Shown here one piece after another: positions 13,569 through 25,524 of a stretch of 64,000 bases of DNA. The DNA lies in contig NW_027117346.1 of assembly GCF_038025025.1 (NCBI RefSeq), forward strand, positions 1,488,001 through 1,552,000. Reading direction: 5' to 3'. Source of the DNA: Phyllosticta citribraziliensis. Its lineage: Eukaryota. Positions within the stretch are counted from its first letter, which is position 1; each line of letters starts with the position of its first letter. A program made the translations under genes and the position numbers. The notes beneath the pieces are model-generated. The model ran no database searches. It saw only the letters and a list, made by a program, of their open reading frames with translations, and was not told where the DNA came from.

Positions 13569-14577
13569 CGGGGGCTTGGGATGCTCTTGTAGCGCATAAA
13601 GGAACCAACATGGCGGGCCCGAGCTAGCGCATCATGGTGACGGCGATATTGCCGGCCATGACGGGCCACGAGAAGCAACAAAGAAAGACGATGGCGATGG
13701 TGGTGAAGAGAGGCAACAAGTAGCGGGATGTGGTGGTGGCTTGGTCGGCGGGCAAGACTGGAGTTCCTGGGGCTCGAGTCAGCCGTCGTCTTTGGCCGTT
13801 GCCCGCAATCAGCAGATCCACTTTCCCATGGCAAAGACGGGTTGATGGACAGCGTAGAATCCGATCCGTATCAACATTTCGATCCGACGTCGTCGTTGGT
13901 TTTCCCCGAGCAATATGCCCTGCCCGCCAAGAAGCGCCGAACACGTGCCGTGCTGGACCGCCCAGGTGCGATGGATGCGCGGCTGTCCCAGGCCGCCATC
14001 GCATCACATTGCTCTGACTTCACCTCCAACGTCTGCCACCACCAACGATTCCTCATTTACCGTCTTCCTGCGCCGCTCCAGCCTGCTTCGCCGCTCACGA
14101 ACCCTGTTCTCCTCTTTTTGGGTCGTTCCTCCCATTCCTCCCCGAGACACCGCCCCGCCCGCCCTTCTGCTGCCGCCGCCCGCCCTTCAAATCCGACTTT
14201 TTGCGACCTAGACAAAAGACGCCTTGTGCTTCTGCTTCTCGAACTATTCCAGCAATCGCCCCTGACACAGTTGCAACCGCACAATCGCTTCCTTGGTTGC
14301 AAACCGCCCGTCTTTGAGCGCCCGCTGCCTCGTGGAAACAACTTCTTTGATGACTGCTGCCGCAGCCTTCTAAAGCACTGCACCGAGCCTACCTCTTTCC
14401 AGCCGCTGCTCGCACCTCTTCCGCCCCACAAATTCTGCCTGTCGGCCGTCACATCGCTATCGACATAGCATCTGCCCGGATTTTCCACCTGAGCCCAATC
14501 CAGGGCCTCGAGACGCACGCACGACGGTGCTACCACGGTACCTGAGCGACGCGAACTCTGCAACCAAACTTTCTCCG

Positions 14578-16782
14578 ATGGTCCAACAAACAGCCACGGC
14601 ACAGGGTGCCATGGGCCCGGCCTACCCCGACGACCAGTACATGGGTTGGAACGAGTCGACCATGAACGGCGTGTCCGCTTACCCCGAAGGACCCCTGTAC
14701 GATCCCAACGTCCTCTCGTCGCTCCAAAACGGCGTCTACCCGGACGGACAAGTGTCGAGCACGCAGCTTGTACGCCGCCCAAATAATCACCAGTTGACGA
14801 CCCGCGATTTTGGAGGTTATGGGTCCGTGTCACAAAATGGATGGCAGGAGGAGGAAGAAGAAGACTTGGAAGCCATGGCGCTCAAGGCCAAAAAGGAAGC
14901 CCAAGCCAAGAGAAAGCAAATCCCACCGTTTGTGCAAAAGCTCAGCAGGTACGCTGCCCGCCCAAGAGTCCGTTTTGCCACTAACTGTTGCAGCTTCCTC
15001 GACAATTCAAACCACACCGACCTCATCCGCTGGTCCGACGACGGCAACTCCTTCGTCGTCCTCGACGAGGACGAATTTGCCAAGACCCTCATCCCAGAGC
15101 TTTTCAAACACAACAATTATGCCTCATTTGTCCGCCAGCTAAACATGTATGGCTTCCACAAGAAGGTCGGCCTTTCCGACAATTCCATGAAGCAGGCCGA
15201 GAGAAGAGACAAGAAGACGCCAAGCGAGTACTTTAACAAGTACTTCAAGAGAGGTCGGCCCGAGTTGCTCTGGTTAATTCAAAAGCCGAAGAACCCGCTG
15301 TCTGGCGCCAAGCGCAAGCGTGACGACGATAAGAAGCCCGACAGCGATGAAGAGGGACGCAAGCTCGAGGGTGAGGGTATCGACAATCAGGAGATGCAGC
15401 TCATTCCCAAAACCGAATACAATTCGATGCGCAGCGAGATTCGCCAGCTTCAGCAACAGCAAAAACTGATTTCGGGCATTATCCAGCAAATGCGTCGCCA
15501 AAACGAGCAGTGGTTCCAACAGGCCAGCCAATTCCAAAAGATGCACGAGCGCCACGAAAACTCGATCAATGCGATCCTGACGTTTCTTGCGACGTTTTAC
15601 AACCGCAGTCTTGAAGGTCAGAGCGGTGTGAACATGAATATTGCCGACATGTTTCCCCAGTCCATCTCGCAAACCACCCAGAATCAAGGAAGCGTGGTTG
15701 ACATGGGCGATTTTCAGGAGGTCGAAGTGCCCAAGACCACGCCCGGGCCGCGACACAACAAGAGACCACTTGCGCTGCTCCCTCCGCCTGCCGCCACCGA
15801 ACAGTCGCCCAGTCCTCGCATCTCACCGGCCAATGGCTCTTCACGCCCGAGCGCCAGCCCCAGGAGTCAGCCAACGCGGACGCCAAGCTTCTGCAAAAGG
15901 CAGCAGCAGCAGCAGCAGCAGCATGGGTCCCGCATGAGTGCCAGCCCGCAGACACCCCTGGAGAACCAGTTTTCGTCGGCAACTGCTAGCCCGGCCATCA
16001 AAGCAGAAACTCCGCCGTCTTTGCACATTCCAGGCACATCTGACGACATGATGTCTGTGATCAACTCGGTAAATGCCAGTTCCAACGCCCCGAATGGTCC
16101 GCAATTTGATTTCCCTGCTGCGCTATCGCACTTCCAGACAGCCGACGGGAACACCCCACTGACTCAGCAACAACGCGAAGATATGTTGTCGTTGATGAAT
16201 GCGGCTTCTCCCGGTCTGAACGGCCAGAACAACAATGCCCTCATGAACCCTACTCCTCCACCAATGCCATCCCTGGAGCACTTTGGTGCGCACCAGGAGC
16301 AGCTCGATGTGCTTCAACGGCTGCAAGAAGAGCAAAATGCACGTGTGCAACACCTCTCTGACCGGCTAGCGCCAATGAGCCCACACGGCGCCATTCCCGG
16401 CCTCGCGTCGTATGATGGATCCTTGAACGGACAAGCCAATGCTCCCCCAAGCGACTTTGACCTTGACTCGTACATTCACACAGACGCCGACAACTACTTT
16501 GGTGACACCACATCTGCGACAAACGGCTCAAACTTCACGCCGCTGCCCAACGACGATAATCCCGACTTTGACTTTGGAACCTTTGGCGCAGAGTTGGCAG
16601 CAGCGCAAGATCGAGATGCCAGTCTCTTTGGCACTGAGAGCCCGCCGGACGCAGCACATAATGGTGGTGTGGTTGAGAGCATTCCGAGTGAAGGTGCTAC
16701 GCCTTCTGAGACAGAAATTGTGAATGCAGACAAAGCGCCGGCGGCACCGAAGTCGCCGAGAAAAAAGAGAAAGACGGGTTGA
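14578..16782 (+). CDS. HSF1: Heat shock transcription factor
   Basis: HSF DNA-binding domain (IPPFVQKLSSFLD...LIRWSDDGNSFVV...FKHNNYASFVRQLNMYGFHK) restored by removing the in-frame 45-nt intron 14949-14993. Followed by the HR-A/B coiled coil (ENSINAILTFLATFY) and a (CAG)7 tract at 15901-15921. First in-frame ATG is 14578; the true start is uncertain. Confidence 0.95.
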   Translation: MVQQTATAQGAMGPAYPDDQYMGWNESTMNGVSAYPEGPLYDPNVLSSLQNGVYPDGQVSSTQLVRRPNNHQLTTRDFGGYGSVSQNGWQEEEEEDLEAMALKAKKEAQAKRKQIPPFVQKLSRYAARPRVRFATNCCSFLDNSNHTDLIRWSDDGNSFVVLDEDEFAKTLIPELFKHNNYASFVRQLNMYGFHKKVGLSDNSMKQAERRDKKTPSEYFNKYFKRGRPELLWLIQKPKNPLSGAKRKRDDDKKPDSDEEGRKLEGEGIDNQEMQLIPKTEYNSMRSEIRQLQQQQKLISGIIQQMRRQNEQWFQQASQFQKMHERHENSINAILTFLATFYNRSLEGQSGVNMNIADMFPQSISQTTQNQGSVVDMGDFQEVEVPKTTPGPRHNKRPLALLPPPAATEQSPSPRISPANGSSRPSASPRSQPTRTPSFCKRQQQQQQQHGSRMSASPQTPLENQFSSATASPAIKAETPPSLHIPGTSDDMMSVINSVNASSNAPNGPQFDFPAALSHFQTADGNTPLTQQQREDMLSLMNAASPGLNGQNNNALMNPTPPPMPSLEHFGAHQEQLDVLQRLQEEQNARVQHLSDRLAPMSPHGAIPGLASYDGSLNGQANAPPSDFDLDSYIHTDADNYFGDTTSATNGSNFTPLPNDDNPDFDFGTFGAELAAAQDRDASLFGTESPPDAAHNGGVVESIPSEGATPSETEIVNADKAPAAPKSPRKKRKTG

Positions 16783-18910
16783 GTCGCTTTGCTTTCGACA
16801 CGAAAATCATCCAGGAATTGAATTTGACGGTGTGAGCGGATTTCTCGGCGGCTACATTTGCGCAAAGAGCAGGCGTATGGATGGAGCACAGGTACAGCAC
16901 AATGGGATATGCACAACTGGGTCTCTGGCTATTGCGGTTTTGGTTTGGCGGCTTACCATTTATGAACTACTATTATCATGACTTCCTCTTCTGGCATTCC
17001 TGGACTTGATTTGAAGAAACGACTGCTAAACCCAGCATTCTAGGACACGCCACGGTTCAGACGATTCTTCATTGACAGCACTCGCAGGATTGAGCAGGGT
17101 CAGGAGGCGTTCCATTGGTTGTTGAGGCGCATTTTCACAAGCATTCCCCGGAAGCGAACAAAAGCCTCGCGACGAGGCCAGAGAAGGAATAATACGAATA
17201 TTCACGACTCACGCATGAATCCACGTCGACATTTGGATGGGGCCGCTCACGACGACAAGTACAGGCTAGGCTCAGAGCTCCGGTTGTTTAACTGACGTCA
17301 TACGCCAATCCACATCCCCTCTGGACCCTCTGCTAGGCAATGAGCATCGATCAGGCACACACAGGTACATGTGATTCGCTCATGCACGGCAGGATGATCC
17401 GGTACCTCCTCGTCCTTCCCTGATCCTGCGACAAGCTTCTCGAGCCCTCTCGAATCAGCGACTTCCTTGGCGGGGAGCTGGGATGAGAAGATAAATTACC
17501 CTCTTGCCCGCATTCGTCGACCTGACCAACCAACCAACCTTCAGTCTCTTCCACAGCCGAGTTTACGATCGCTCGATGAAGGAGCACAGTCATCCGTTTT
17601 GCTCCTCCAGACACTGCATCCTTTCCTCCTTGCTCCGCCAGCCACCAGTGTCTCTTCCGAGTCTACCCCTCCACCTATCGGTTGCCGCGCTTTGCGATTT
17701 TTGTGGGCCGCATCCTCTCCAATCTCACCAAGTCCGCTGAAAGGTCAACAGCAGCGCAGCAGTGGGACTTCAGTGGCTGCCTGTCCGGAACGATACGAAA
17801 TACCCGAGACGACACGATATGATATCTGACGAGGGCTGGGCACGCTCGACAGGAGTGTTGAGACGAAAAGGCGTAGTCGAAGCGGAACTGCTCCGTGTCT
17901 CTGTGGGTGCCAGTCAAAACAGCTGACTGGTCAAAACAAAGGCATGTAAGCAGGTGCATGAGCAAGGAATATCCCAGCACTGGTCGCAGCACACCATCTG
18001 GCCAATCGTCGTCGTTTATCAAACCAGACAGACATCATGTCCGGGTCGAGCCACAAGAGAAAAACGAGCATCGCTACAAGCCACGACTGCGACAACAGTC
18101 TCCGAGCCAACGAGCTGTGGCTGATGGAAACACACACGCCTCTGCTGCGTGGCGCCGCAAAGCGCCGGTATATTCCTATCCGGTGGAGTCCGTTCGGGGA
18201 TACTGCGGTGCCCAGCCGATTTGCTTTTGAGCTCGGAGTCGCGGCGAGGACATCACGAGAAAAGCGCGCATTCCGACCCGGGTGCAAGATGGTCGTCACG
18301 GATCTGCAACCATGTTGTCGTGGGGGCGGCTGCCAAGTGGGAGGGACAGGGCTGTCGGGGCGTTGGGGAAGGATTGCGGGAGGATGAGGGATGAATGGGT
18401 GTGGTGGAGCGTTTCCAAAGCCACGACCTAGTGTGGCGCAGGCACGATGCTCGGTGGCCGTATGAGACACATTCCCTCAAGCCCTTGGGCGACGAGAAAG
18501 GATGTATTCTGGTCCATGAAGGGCTGCTTTGAGGCGCTGAATAGCAGAGTGTTGGATTGGATTGAGGAACTCTGCACAATCTCAGACAGCTTCTCTTGCC
18601 GACGGGCAGGCAGGCAGGCAGGCGATGAAGAGATTCCCGTCATCAGGGTGCTGTCTACAACGTTTTGTTTTCCGATGAGAGCACCACACGGAGCGGATGC
18701 CTTTGACATGGACTTCAACACATCCACGCGTTGCTCCACACCACAATCATGGCCGACAATCCTGGCTCACAATCCTGGCTCACGAGCCGTCAAACTCTCT
18801 ACACTGCCTCACCACAACTTGCCACCACCTCTCCTACTGCCCCAAGTCCACCCCCAAGTCCGGCCACAAGCACTGCTCACGCCTCCCAGCTTCAACAACC
18901 TTCCCATCAC

Positions 18911-18940
18911 AGAAAGTTCGAGAAACTTCGCGAACCTTCG
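18911..18940. promoter_or_regulatory. Perfect heat-shock element (six contiguous inverted nGAAn units)
   Basis: aGAAa gTTCg aGAAa cTTCg cGAAc cTTCg. Confidence 0.65.
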
Positions 18941-21388
18941 CCGTCCTTCCACATCCTTCTCCAGCCATGCGTAAAACGGTGGCAGTCAAGAATGCTCCCT
19001 CCCGTCGACGACCAACCCATTAACCCATTATTCATCCCTGGCTGCGGCTTGATAAGCAAACAAAGGCCATATGCAGGGACCAAGGGGCAATGGCGATGGG
19101 GTGCAAGGCCTTGACCCCGTGTGACCAGCGGCTGGATTGCCGGTATGATTGTTGGCTCCTTTTGCAGTGGCTGGTTACTGAACCATCCCCTGTTTCCCAT
19201 GCGCTATGTGGGAAGTGATGATACAGCATGCTTCTCTCCGAGGGACTATGTTGGAAGGCTTGCATTATCCTTCCTCACCGAGCAGGGCCCTGTCTGGCCT
19301 TTGGCATCGCGCCTATCAGCTACAGGGCCAGGGTCTTTCCCAAAAAGATCTTTCAAGCTTTCCACGCAAGCACATGCGGCCGAAAAGAAACTAACCGGAC
19401 GAGAGAACGGAAGGCTTGCCTCCAGACTAGCTGAGGTCGATTTCAGTCTCGACTTACAGGTTAAGCACATGTTTCGAGACGAGGTCTCGCCCACCAACCT
19501 ACCAAATAGACGACATGAACTGTGGGGCTTGACGAGCCACGGCAGACCGGAGAAGCCTAGTCATTCCAAGACAGCTAATCAGGCCAGCGCGAACGGCGGC
19601 CTTGTTTCCCATGTCCCCGTTCCCTTCTTCGCAACGCCATCATGCTTCCTCCGGAGCAGACGAACCGAAACCAAGCACCGGCGGACACCATTCCAGCTTG
19701 CCCATTGGACACCCACGCATGACCGACCGTGGGATCCGCAATCAAGCAGGGACCAGGGTACAACACGACAAGGTTGGACGTCGCGAGAGCCATGGAAAAG
19801 TGCACTTTCCCATGGCCGATTCCCATGGCCGCAGTCTGGAATCCGGTTTGCGCGCAGGAGCGTGGCTGCGGCTGGAGCCGTTGCGGACGGATGGACTTGT
19901 GGCTGCTGTGGTGGGTCTGGGAGGGTCGAGGGTCGTCTTTGGGTGCTGTGGGGCCTCCCTCGTCGGCCGTCCGAGAGACGCGAGCGCTGCTGGTAGACTT
20001 CTCCTGCACGGCTACGTCCACGGCAGCTGCTGCTGTTGTGGTCGTCTGCTCATGCATGCGGCGGTGGATACCAAGTCGACGGTGTCTCCGTGGCGGCTTT
20101 GGTGCTGTCTTCACCGATTGATTGAGTCAATGACGTCCGGTCCTCATTTCGCAGTCCATGCATACAAAATCTGCTGGAACATTTCCCCTCTGTATCGCGA
20201 TATACGCGTGGATCGATGATTTCCGACGAGGAGAGGGCGTCAGAGGCAACATGAGAAAGCAGGGTTTGTCCGTATACGCGCAATGTGTGTGGGCTCGGCT
20301 GTGCGGCAGCAGATTGGGAGCGGAGGGTAGTGCAGGGCAGGGCAGGAGAACGGCCCCGTCAGTGCGGCCGACGGCCACATCCACAGTGAGCTGGCAGTGA
20401 TACTGGTCACCATGGCATCATTCCCAGGCATGGTGATGTAGTCAGTGTCGAAATTGCGGGATGGGAGTGGGCGTCAGGCTCGGCCGAGTCCACAATTTCG
20501 ACCTTCACTTCTGCCTCCAAGGGCCACCTCACGATACGGGACACCACGATTGGTTGGGATCGGCCCAACGGGCAGTGAAGATGGTCATGGGATCCTCGGA
20601 CATGTGCAGCTAGCTACGGATCTCATTTGCCGTCGAAGTCGCGCGTGTAAAGTTCTGTTTGATTCAGGTTTTTGTGGGTTGAGGGACACGAAAGGGGTGA
20701 CCTTGACCAACCAGCAGATCGAACGTTTGTATGATGATCTGGTGAGTCACTGAAGCACTGTAGCTCTAGGCTGGCAGTCATGGCCGGGGTTGTATGCTTC
20801 ATGGTAAGTGGCGGTGGCGCGTGGGTGGATTGGGCTTAGGGGATGATGTCTATTTTTTGGCCAAGGTCGAGACAGAGGACAGGTGTCCGGCTTGTCGCCA
20901 CCGCTTGGGATATAGTCATGCCTGCAATTTGTGTTAATGCTTTGTTTGTCCTGGTTTGCTTCGGTTTGTGAGCGGAGGGGAGTGAGACGTGGCCCCTGAA
21001 AGTTTTTCGCTTCCTCTTTCTCGGCATTTCGGTATTACCTTTGGTCATCAATACGGTTCTTACGCTTTCTTCATGCGAGCTTCGGCATGTTTCAAGAGCT
21101 TGGAAGGTTCTTCGGGGTGGCCTTTGGACAAATGCCGTGTTTGTCCAGTCAGAGATTGCTGGAAGCTGTCAGAGCAACCTGCGATTATGATTCTGTCCAC
21201 GAGAAGGTCCTGGCCTATTCCCGGCTGCGGCCTCGCAAAAGCCATATCCAAGAATCCATCCATATCTGGTCATCTATGAAAACCATTTCATGGAATAGAG
21301 AGATTTCAAGTCTCAGTTTGATCCAGGTCATACTCACCAGCCCACGAATTCTGTAAATTCAGTCTATTCTTGCATCTTTGAATTCTTC

Positions 21389-23020
21389 ATGAGATCTTCA
21401 TATCACCGCTTGATCGACAGGGTTGGTAGTACGTACAGTACGCGCCGGTTGGTTGCGTCTTTACGCCGCGCTCGAAGAAGACGCATAAGCACCATCGAAA
21501 AGCTCCCCCTAGACCTTCTCTGGATCATATTCGAGCAACTTGCTTCGCAGAAGATGTTCCTGAACCTCACAAAAACGTCAAAGGCGCTCTGCTGGGCCGT
21601 GGAGCCGTTTGTGTACGACAAGATTTCCATCGGCCAGAGGAGGCGGTCGGATTCGGATGTCCACCAAATTTCTCACGCCCAGTCGAGATTGCTTTTCCAA
21701 CAGTTGCGGCTTCATCCGCAGCTGGGCAGGCGGGTTCAACAGCTTTCGGTGTTTGTCCCTCCTTCCCAGTGGCGTTGGGATGAGCCTCTGTTGTGGTACG
21801 ACTTTCTCCGCCTCCTTTCGAAAATGCCAAACATCAAAAGGCTCGAGGTCCGCTGGCAAATGCTCAATATTCTTTGGTTGTTTCGACATTGTCAGGGCAA
21901 GAAGTGCTCACCTGAGTCGTCTCCTCAGTTGATCGCTCATCCTCAGGGCACATTTTCTCATAGATTTGAGCGCCTCGCGGACTTGACCTTAGGTCCCGGA
22001 ATCTACGAAAAAGGGAGACTTCGTTTGGAAAGGTTGAGTGACTTCGTTCCTATACTGCGCCTGTCCGCACTCGAAAAGTTGACGCTCCATTCGTTTGGCA
22101 TGATTTGGACTTGCAAGGAAGACTTCCAGATGCCAGCGCTCAGCTCAGGAATTCAGTCATTGAAGTTGGTGGACACGACGTTGTCCGGATTTTCAATTAT
22201 TTCAAAACAGTCTGACCCTCAGCCAAGAACGCTCCTTGGTCCGGGTCGGTTGGTCGTACTTGAGCCTGCTATCGGAGCCTTCCTGGGCGCCATCAAGAAG
22301 TTGAAAGAATTCACATGGCTGTACAACCCTGTACAGCTTTCGCAGCGCAAATTCGATTTCTCAACGCTGTTGTCGGATTTGGAATGCCACGCAGCCACTC
22401 TTGAGCGACTGACCATCGATGCAATGTCGTTTTATCGGCATCGAGTCCAGCACATTGGTTCGATGAAAAAATTTCCCAACCTCACTTCTTTGACTTTGCC
22501 ACACGGTGCGCTGATTGATGAGCGCTTTTTTCCTCTCGAGCACGCATTCAAAAATGAAGAGACTGCAATCGACGTCGTACCATCACGGCTTCCCCCAAAG
22601 CTGCAAGAGCTTGTCATTTGTCCGTCCGAAGGTTACCTAGAGCCCGCAGTCCGCCTCGCCGTGTTTTTGGAAGAGAAACGGCGCAACGAATCTTGCTTCC
22701 ATGCACCAGAAAGTCTCTGGATCGGGTTCCGCAGCAAGCGGTACGGCAAATTTAGGACCACCCTCTCGACGGTCAATGCGTGGACGAGCAACGATTGCAT
22801 TGACATGTTGGTGGACGAGACCTTCGTGGACGAGGAGTATCTTGAGGGGATTGCACCCATGCCGTATGGGGATGAGGACAAGTTCTTCTTCCGGTCGTGG
22901 AACGTGACGGTAGCGTTGCGGGGCGTGTCCGAGAGCTTCAGGAGTTATATCGGGCATTACATGAAGATGTATCATGATCATTTGCGGGCTGAACTGGAGG
23001 ATTCGGAGGACTCAGACTGA
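21389..23020 (+). CDS. F-box-like protein with leucine-rich C-terminal region
   Basis: 543-aa intronless ORF. N-terminal IEKLPLDLLWIIFEQL...LTKTSKAL...VEPFVY resembles an F-box; LxxLxL repeats follow (LEKLTL, LKEFTW, LERLTI, FPNLTSLTL, LPPKLQELVI). Confidence 0.75.
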   Translation: MRSSYHRLIDRVGSTYSTRRLVASLRRARRRRISTIEKLPLDLLWIIFEQLASQKMFLNLTKTSKALCWAVEPFVYDKISIGQRRRSDSDVHQISHAQSRLLFQQLRLHPQLGRRVQQLSVFVPPSQWRWDEPLLWYDFLRLLSKMPNIKRLEVRWQMLNILWLFRHCQGKKCSPESSPQLIAHPQGTFSHRFERLADLTLGPGIYEKGRLRLERLSDFVPILRLSALEKLTLHSFGMIWTCKEDFQMPALSSGIQSLKLVDTTLSGFSIISKQSDPQPRTLLGPGRLVVLEPAIGAFLGAIKKLKEFTWLYNPVQLSQRKFDFSTLLSDLECHAATLERLTIDAMSFYRHRVQHIGSMKKFPNLTSLTLPHGALIDERFFPLEHAFKNEETAIDVVPSRLPPKLQELVICPSEGYLEPAVRLAVFLEEKRRNESCFHAPESLWIGFRSKRYGKFRTTLSTVNAWTSNDCIDMLVDETFVDEEYLEGIAPMPYGDEDKFFFRSWNVTVALRGVSESFRSYIGHYMKMYHDHLRAELEDSEDSD

Positions 23021-23057
23021 GAAGATTCAGGAAAATCTCAAAATTCAGGAGATTTCG

Positions 23058-23270
23058 CAGTTGGTGTTGAAAGAAATGGGGCCTCCCAGTAAGGCGGCTG
23101 CATGCGGGGAGCATTCATTCACTGCCAGTTATGCAGAGATCTTTATCCTCTGCCATTGCTGTTGCGCTGTGGGAGCGGTCATCCATTGTCGCGGTTCGTG
23201 TCCAGGGAGCATTCGTTTATCACTGCGGGTCTTCTGACCCAGGGAGTCTCTTTTCTTTCCACATCCACTG
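23058..23270 (-). mobile_element. MITE-like element, copy 3 (reverse orientation, longest)
   Basis: Reverse complement begins CAGTGGATGTGGAAAGAAAAGAGACTCCCTGG, contains GAATGCTCCC modules and ends CCCCATTTCTTTCAACACCAACTG. Confidence 0.8.
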
Positions 23271-23392
23271 TGAATTAATTGAAGGGTGGGACGCAGGAAC
23301 TGTATTTTGATTGAGTATATGGGTTGTTTGTTGAGAATGCAGAGTGGTTGTACTGTACTGGTTGATTTCCTCTTTTGCTTTACATTGTCGTC

Positions 23393-25079
23393 TCACTTGC
23401 GTTCCTCTGTGTCTATAGTGTCGCCTGCTCTGTGTCCAAAACTATCAGGCTCTCCGACCGCCAACTCCCGTTCGAAGGCCCTCGACTCCCAGGTTTGGTG
23501 ATCATTCGATCCAGGAAGCCTGCTTGCGTCTCGGTCGTGCTCTTGCTCTTTGCCTCTGCCATCACTTGACTCGACCTGTCCAACTTTTTCCTGGGTTGAC
23601 GCGACTTTTTTCTGTGCTTCTCTTGCCTCTAATTCCACCGGCAATGACACGCCGTCCTTTTCTGATGCCAATCTTGCATGCCGCGATACACAAGACCAAT
23701 CGCAATCATTGTGGTGGCAGCATCCTCCGTCTACACTATCTGTGCCACGACCCCATGTGATGTTCATTCCACTGCCGCGGAACCCTGAAGCATCCGATCC
23801 AAAATGGAGCGCTGCTGAGTTGATGGCGGGGTGCGCCGGCATGTCCGGTGATGCGGTCATGTTTGGCGTCGAAATGATGGAGCCGCCTGCTGCTTTGGGA
23901 AAGCCGTCGAGTTCGGGTACAGCAGACGGCTTTTCTCTTCCACCTTTTGCGCCGGCCTTGAATGCTCCGTGGGCGTCCGAAGGCTCTGAGGAGCTGGTTT
24001 TTGAAGATCGCCCGGAGGAAAAGAGGTGCATGACCAAGTAGCGAGCTCGATGAGAGATTGAACGATTTTGATGAGGCTGCGACCTTTGATCTACATTGTA
24101 GGTGTTACTTTGGATGCATATTTGATTCCTCTTTCTGCGTTGCCTCCGGAGCAAGAGTAGAATGGCCGTTCCAATAAGAAAGGGGACTGCGATTCCAACC
24201 GAGAGAGCGATAACAAGCGTGGGCTTCTTGGACCGAGATGAGTCTTCTTCTTCGCCGCTTCCATCGCTTCCGGGAAGCCGGCAGCCTGTACCTCCTTTGT
24301 AGTAAGTTGTGCAATCGGTAAGTGGAATGTATTCCTTGACCGTAGTTGTAGAGACTTTTCCGTCAGAATTTGTCGTGACAGCAATAGAGATCTCGGTTGA
24401 CGAAGACGGCTCTGGAGAAGACGGCTCTGGAGTTATACTCGGCTCTGCTGTGCCCACAGGAGTTGGAAAGTCAACGCTCAGGATTGTTGCGATTGGAGAC
24501 ATGGGAAGCTCTCCTAGATTGATAGTCTGCGGATGTTCGTCATGTGCACATTTCCTGAAAAACTTTAGCCAATGAAAGCTCTAAAGATTGCTGCTCGCAG
24601 TTTTCTCACCCAGAGTTGTCTCCGTTGCAGCAGTATATGCCTTCGCCGTATCGCTCTATCCCGCAGTTTCCAGAATCTGTACTGTTGATACCTGGGGGAT
24701 TGCCTATGTACGAGTAGTGTTAGTTTCATTCTTTTCTTTTCCGTGCCCACTCCGAGAACCCAACCGCATATCAGAGAGTGTCGCACCTACTCCCATCGCA
24801 GAACTTTGGACAGGCGTCTGATGCCCAATTCCTGTCGGTGCAAGTGAAGCGCCCGAGCTGTCTTGTTTCCAGGTTTCGGCACATGAAATTTGCCAGACAA
24901 GCCCAATTCAAAGGACAGCACATGCTGGCTCCATTGTGGTTACAGGGTCCATCGTTCTGCTTCCCATTTGCGTCTAAGCTCAGCTCTCCGTTCGGATAGT
25001 AGCAATTTTGCCCCGACGCGACGAGTGGGTTGTACGTTGTGATGAGAATGGTTTGAAGCAGAAGGGATTTCTGAAGCAT
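23393..25079 (-). CDS. Single-pass membrane protein with Cys-rich ectodomain (fungal CYYPNG...CC...CTD..W....CP..C type)
   Basis: Three exons join in frame: signal peptide + QNCYYPNG...SMCCPLNWAC...FTCTDRNWASDACPKFCDGSR|QSPGINSTDSGNCGIERYGEGIYCCNGDNSG|KCAHDEHP. Then an S/T/P-rich stalk, a TM segment LVIALSVGIAVPFLIGTAILLLL followed by RRQRRKR, and cytosolic PELDG/PVELE motifs. Confidence 0.85.
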
Positions 25080-25524
25080 CGTGCTCTTGTTCGTTCGAGG
25101 CGGAATCTAGAGATTGTGGTCGCAAGTGTGAAAAAGTCCCAAAAATTGTGAAATGAGAAGAAAGCAGGAGGCGCGACGAAATGAAATGGACGCAAAGGGT
25201 GATGTACAAGCGGGAAAAAGCCAGTCATGGCGCAGGGTAGCACACAACCACAAACAAACACAACGTGAGGATCGAGAGAGGACTGGCACGAGAGCGTGTC
25301 CATGGCATCAAGTGACACAGACGCATACTCCAATCTGAAGCAAACCGGAACGCGTTTTGAGCTTAGCCAAGGTTACATCTCGGGTAGTAGCAGGTCGGTG
25401 AAGGCCACCGCTAAAGCTGATTTGTTTTCGGCAAAGGATTTGCAAAAGGCGCAGAGGACTGCCCACCTTGGTACTTGAAGCACGTCATTCCGGTGTGGCA
25501 GAGTGATCAGTGACAATGGTGTCA

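Noticed and set aside
13728..14468. 246-aa + strand ORF upstream of HSF1 with an NLS-like PAKKRR
   Set aside because: No domain, composition typical of a pyrimidine-rich leader, and no convincing splice path into HSF1.
18981..19000. GGCAGTCAAGAATGCTCCCT resembles one internal MITE module
   Set aside because: No TIRs or further modules nearby; chance match or unverifiable remnant.
21060..21337. Intron-like segment and short minus-strand ORF divergent from the F-box gene
   Set aside because: I could not build a coherent spliced ORF or recognise a product.
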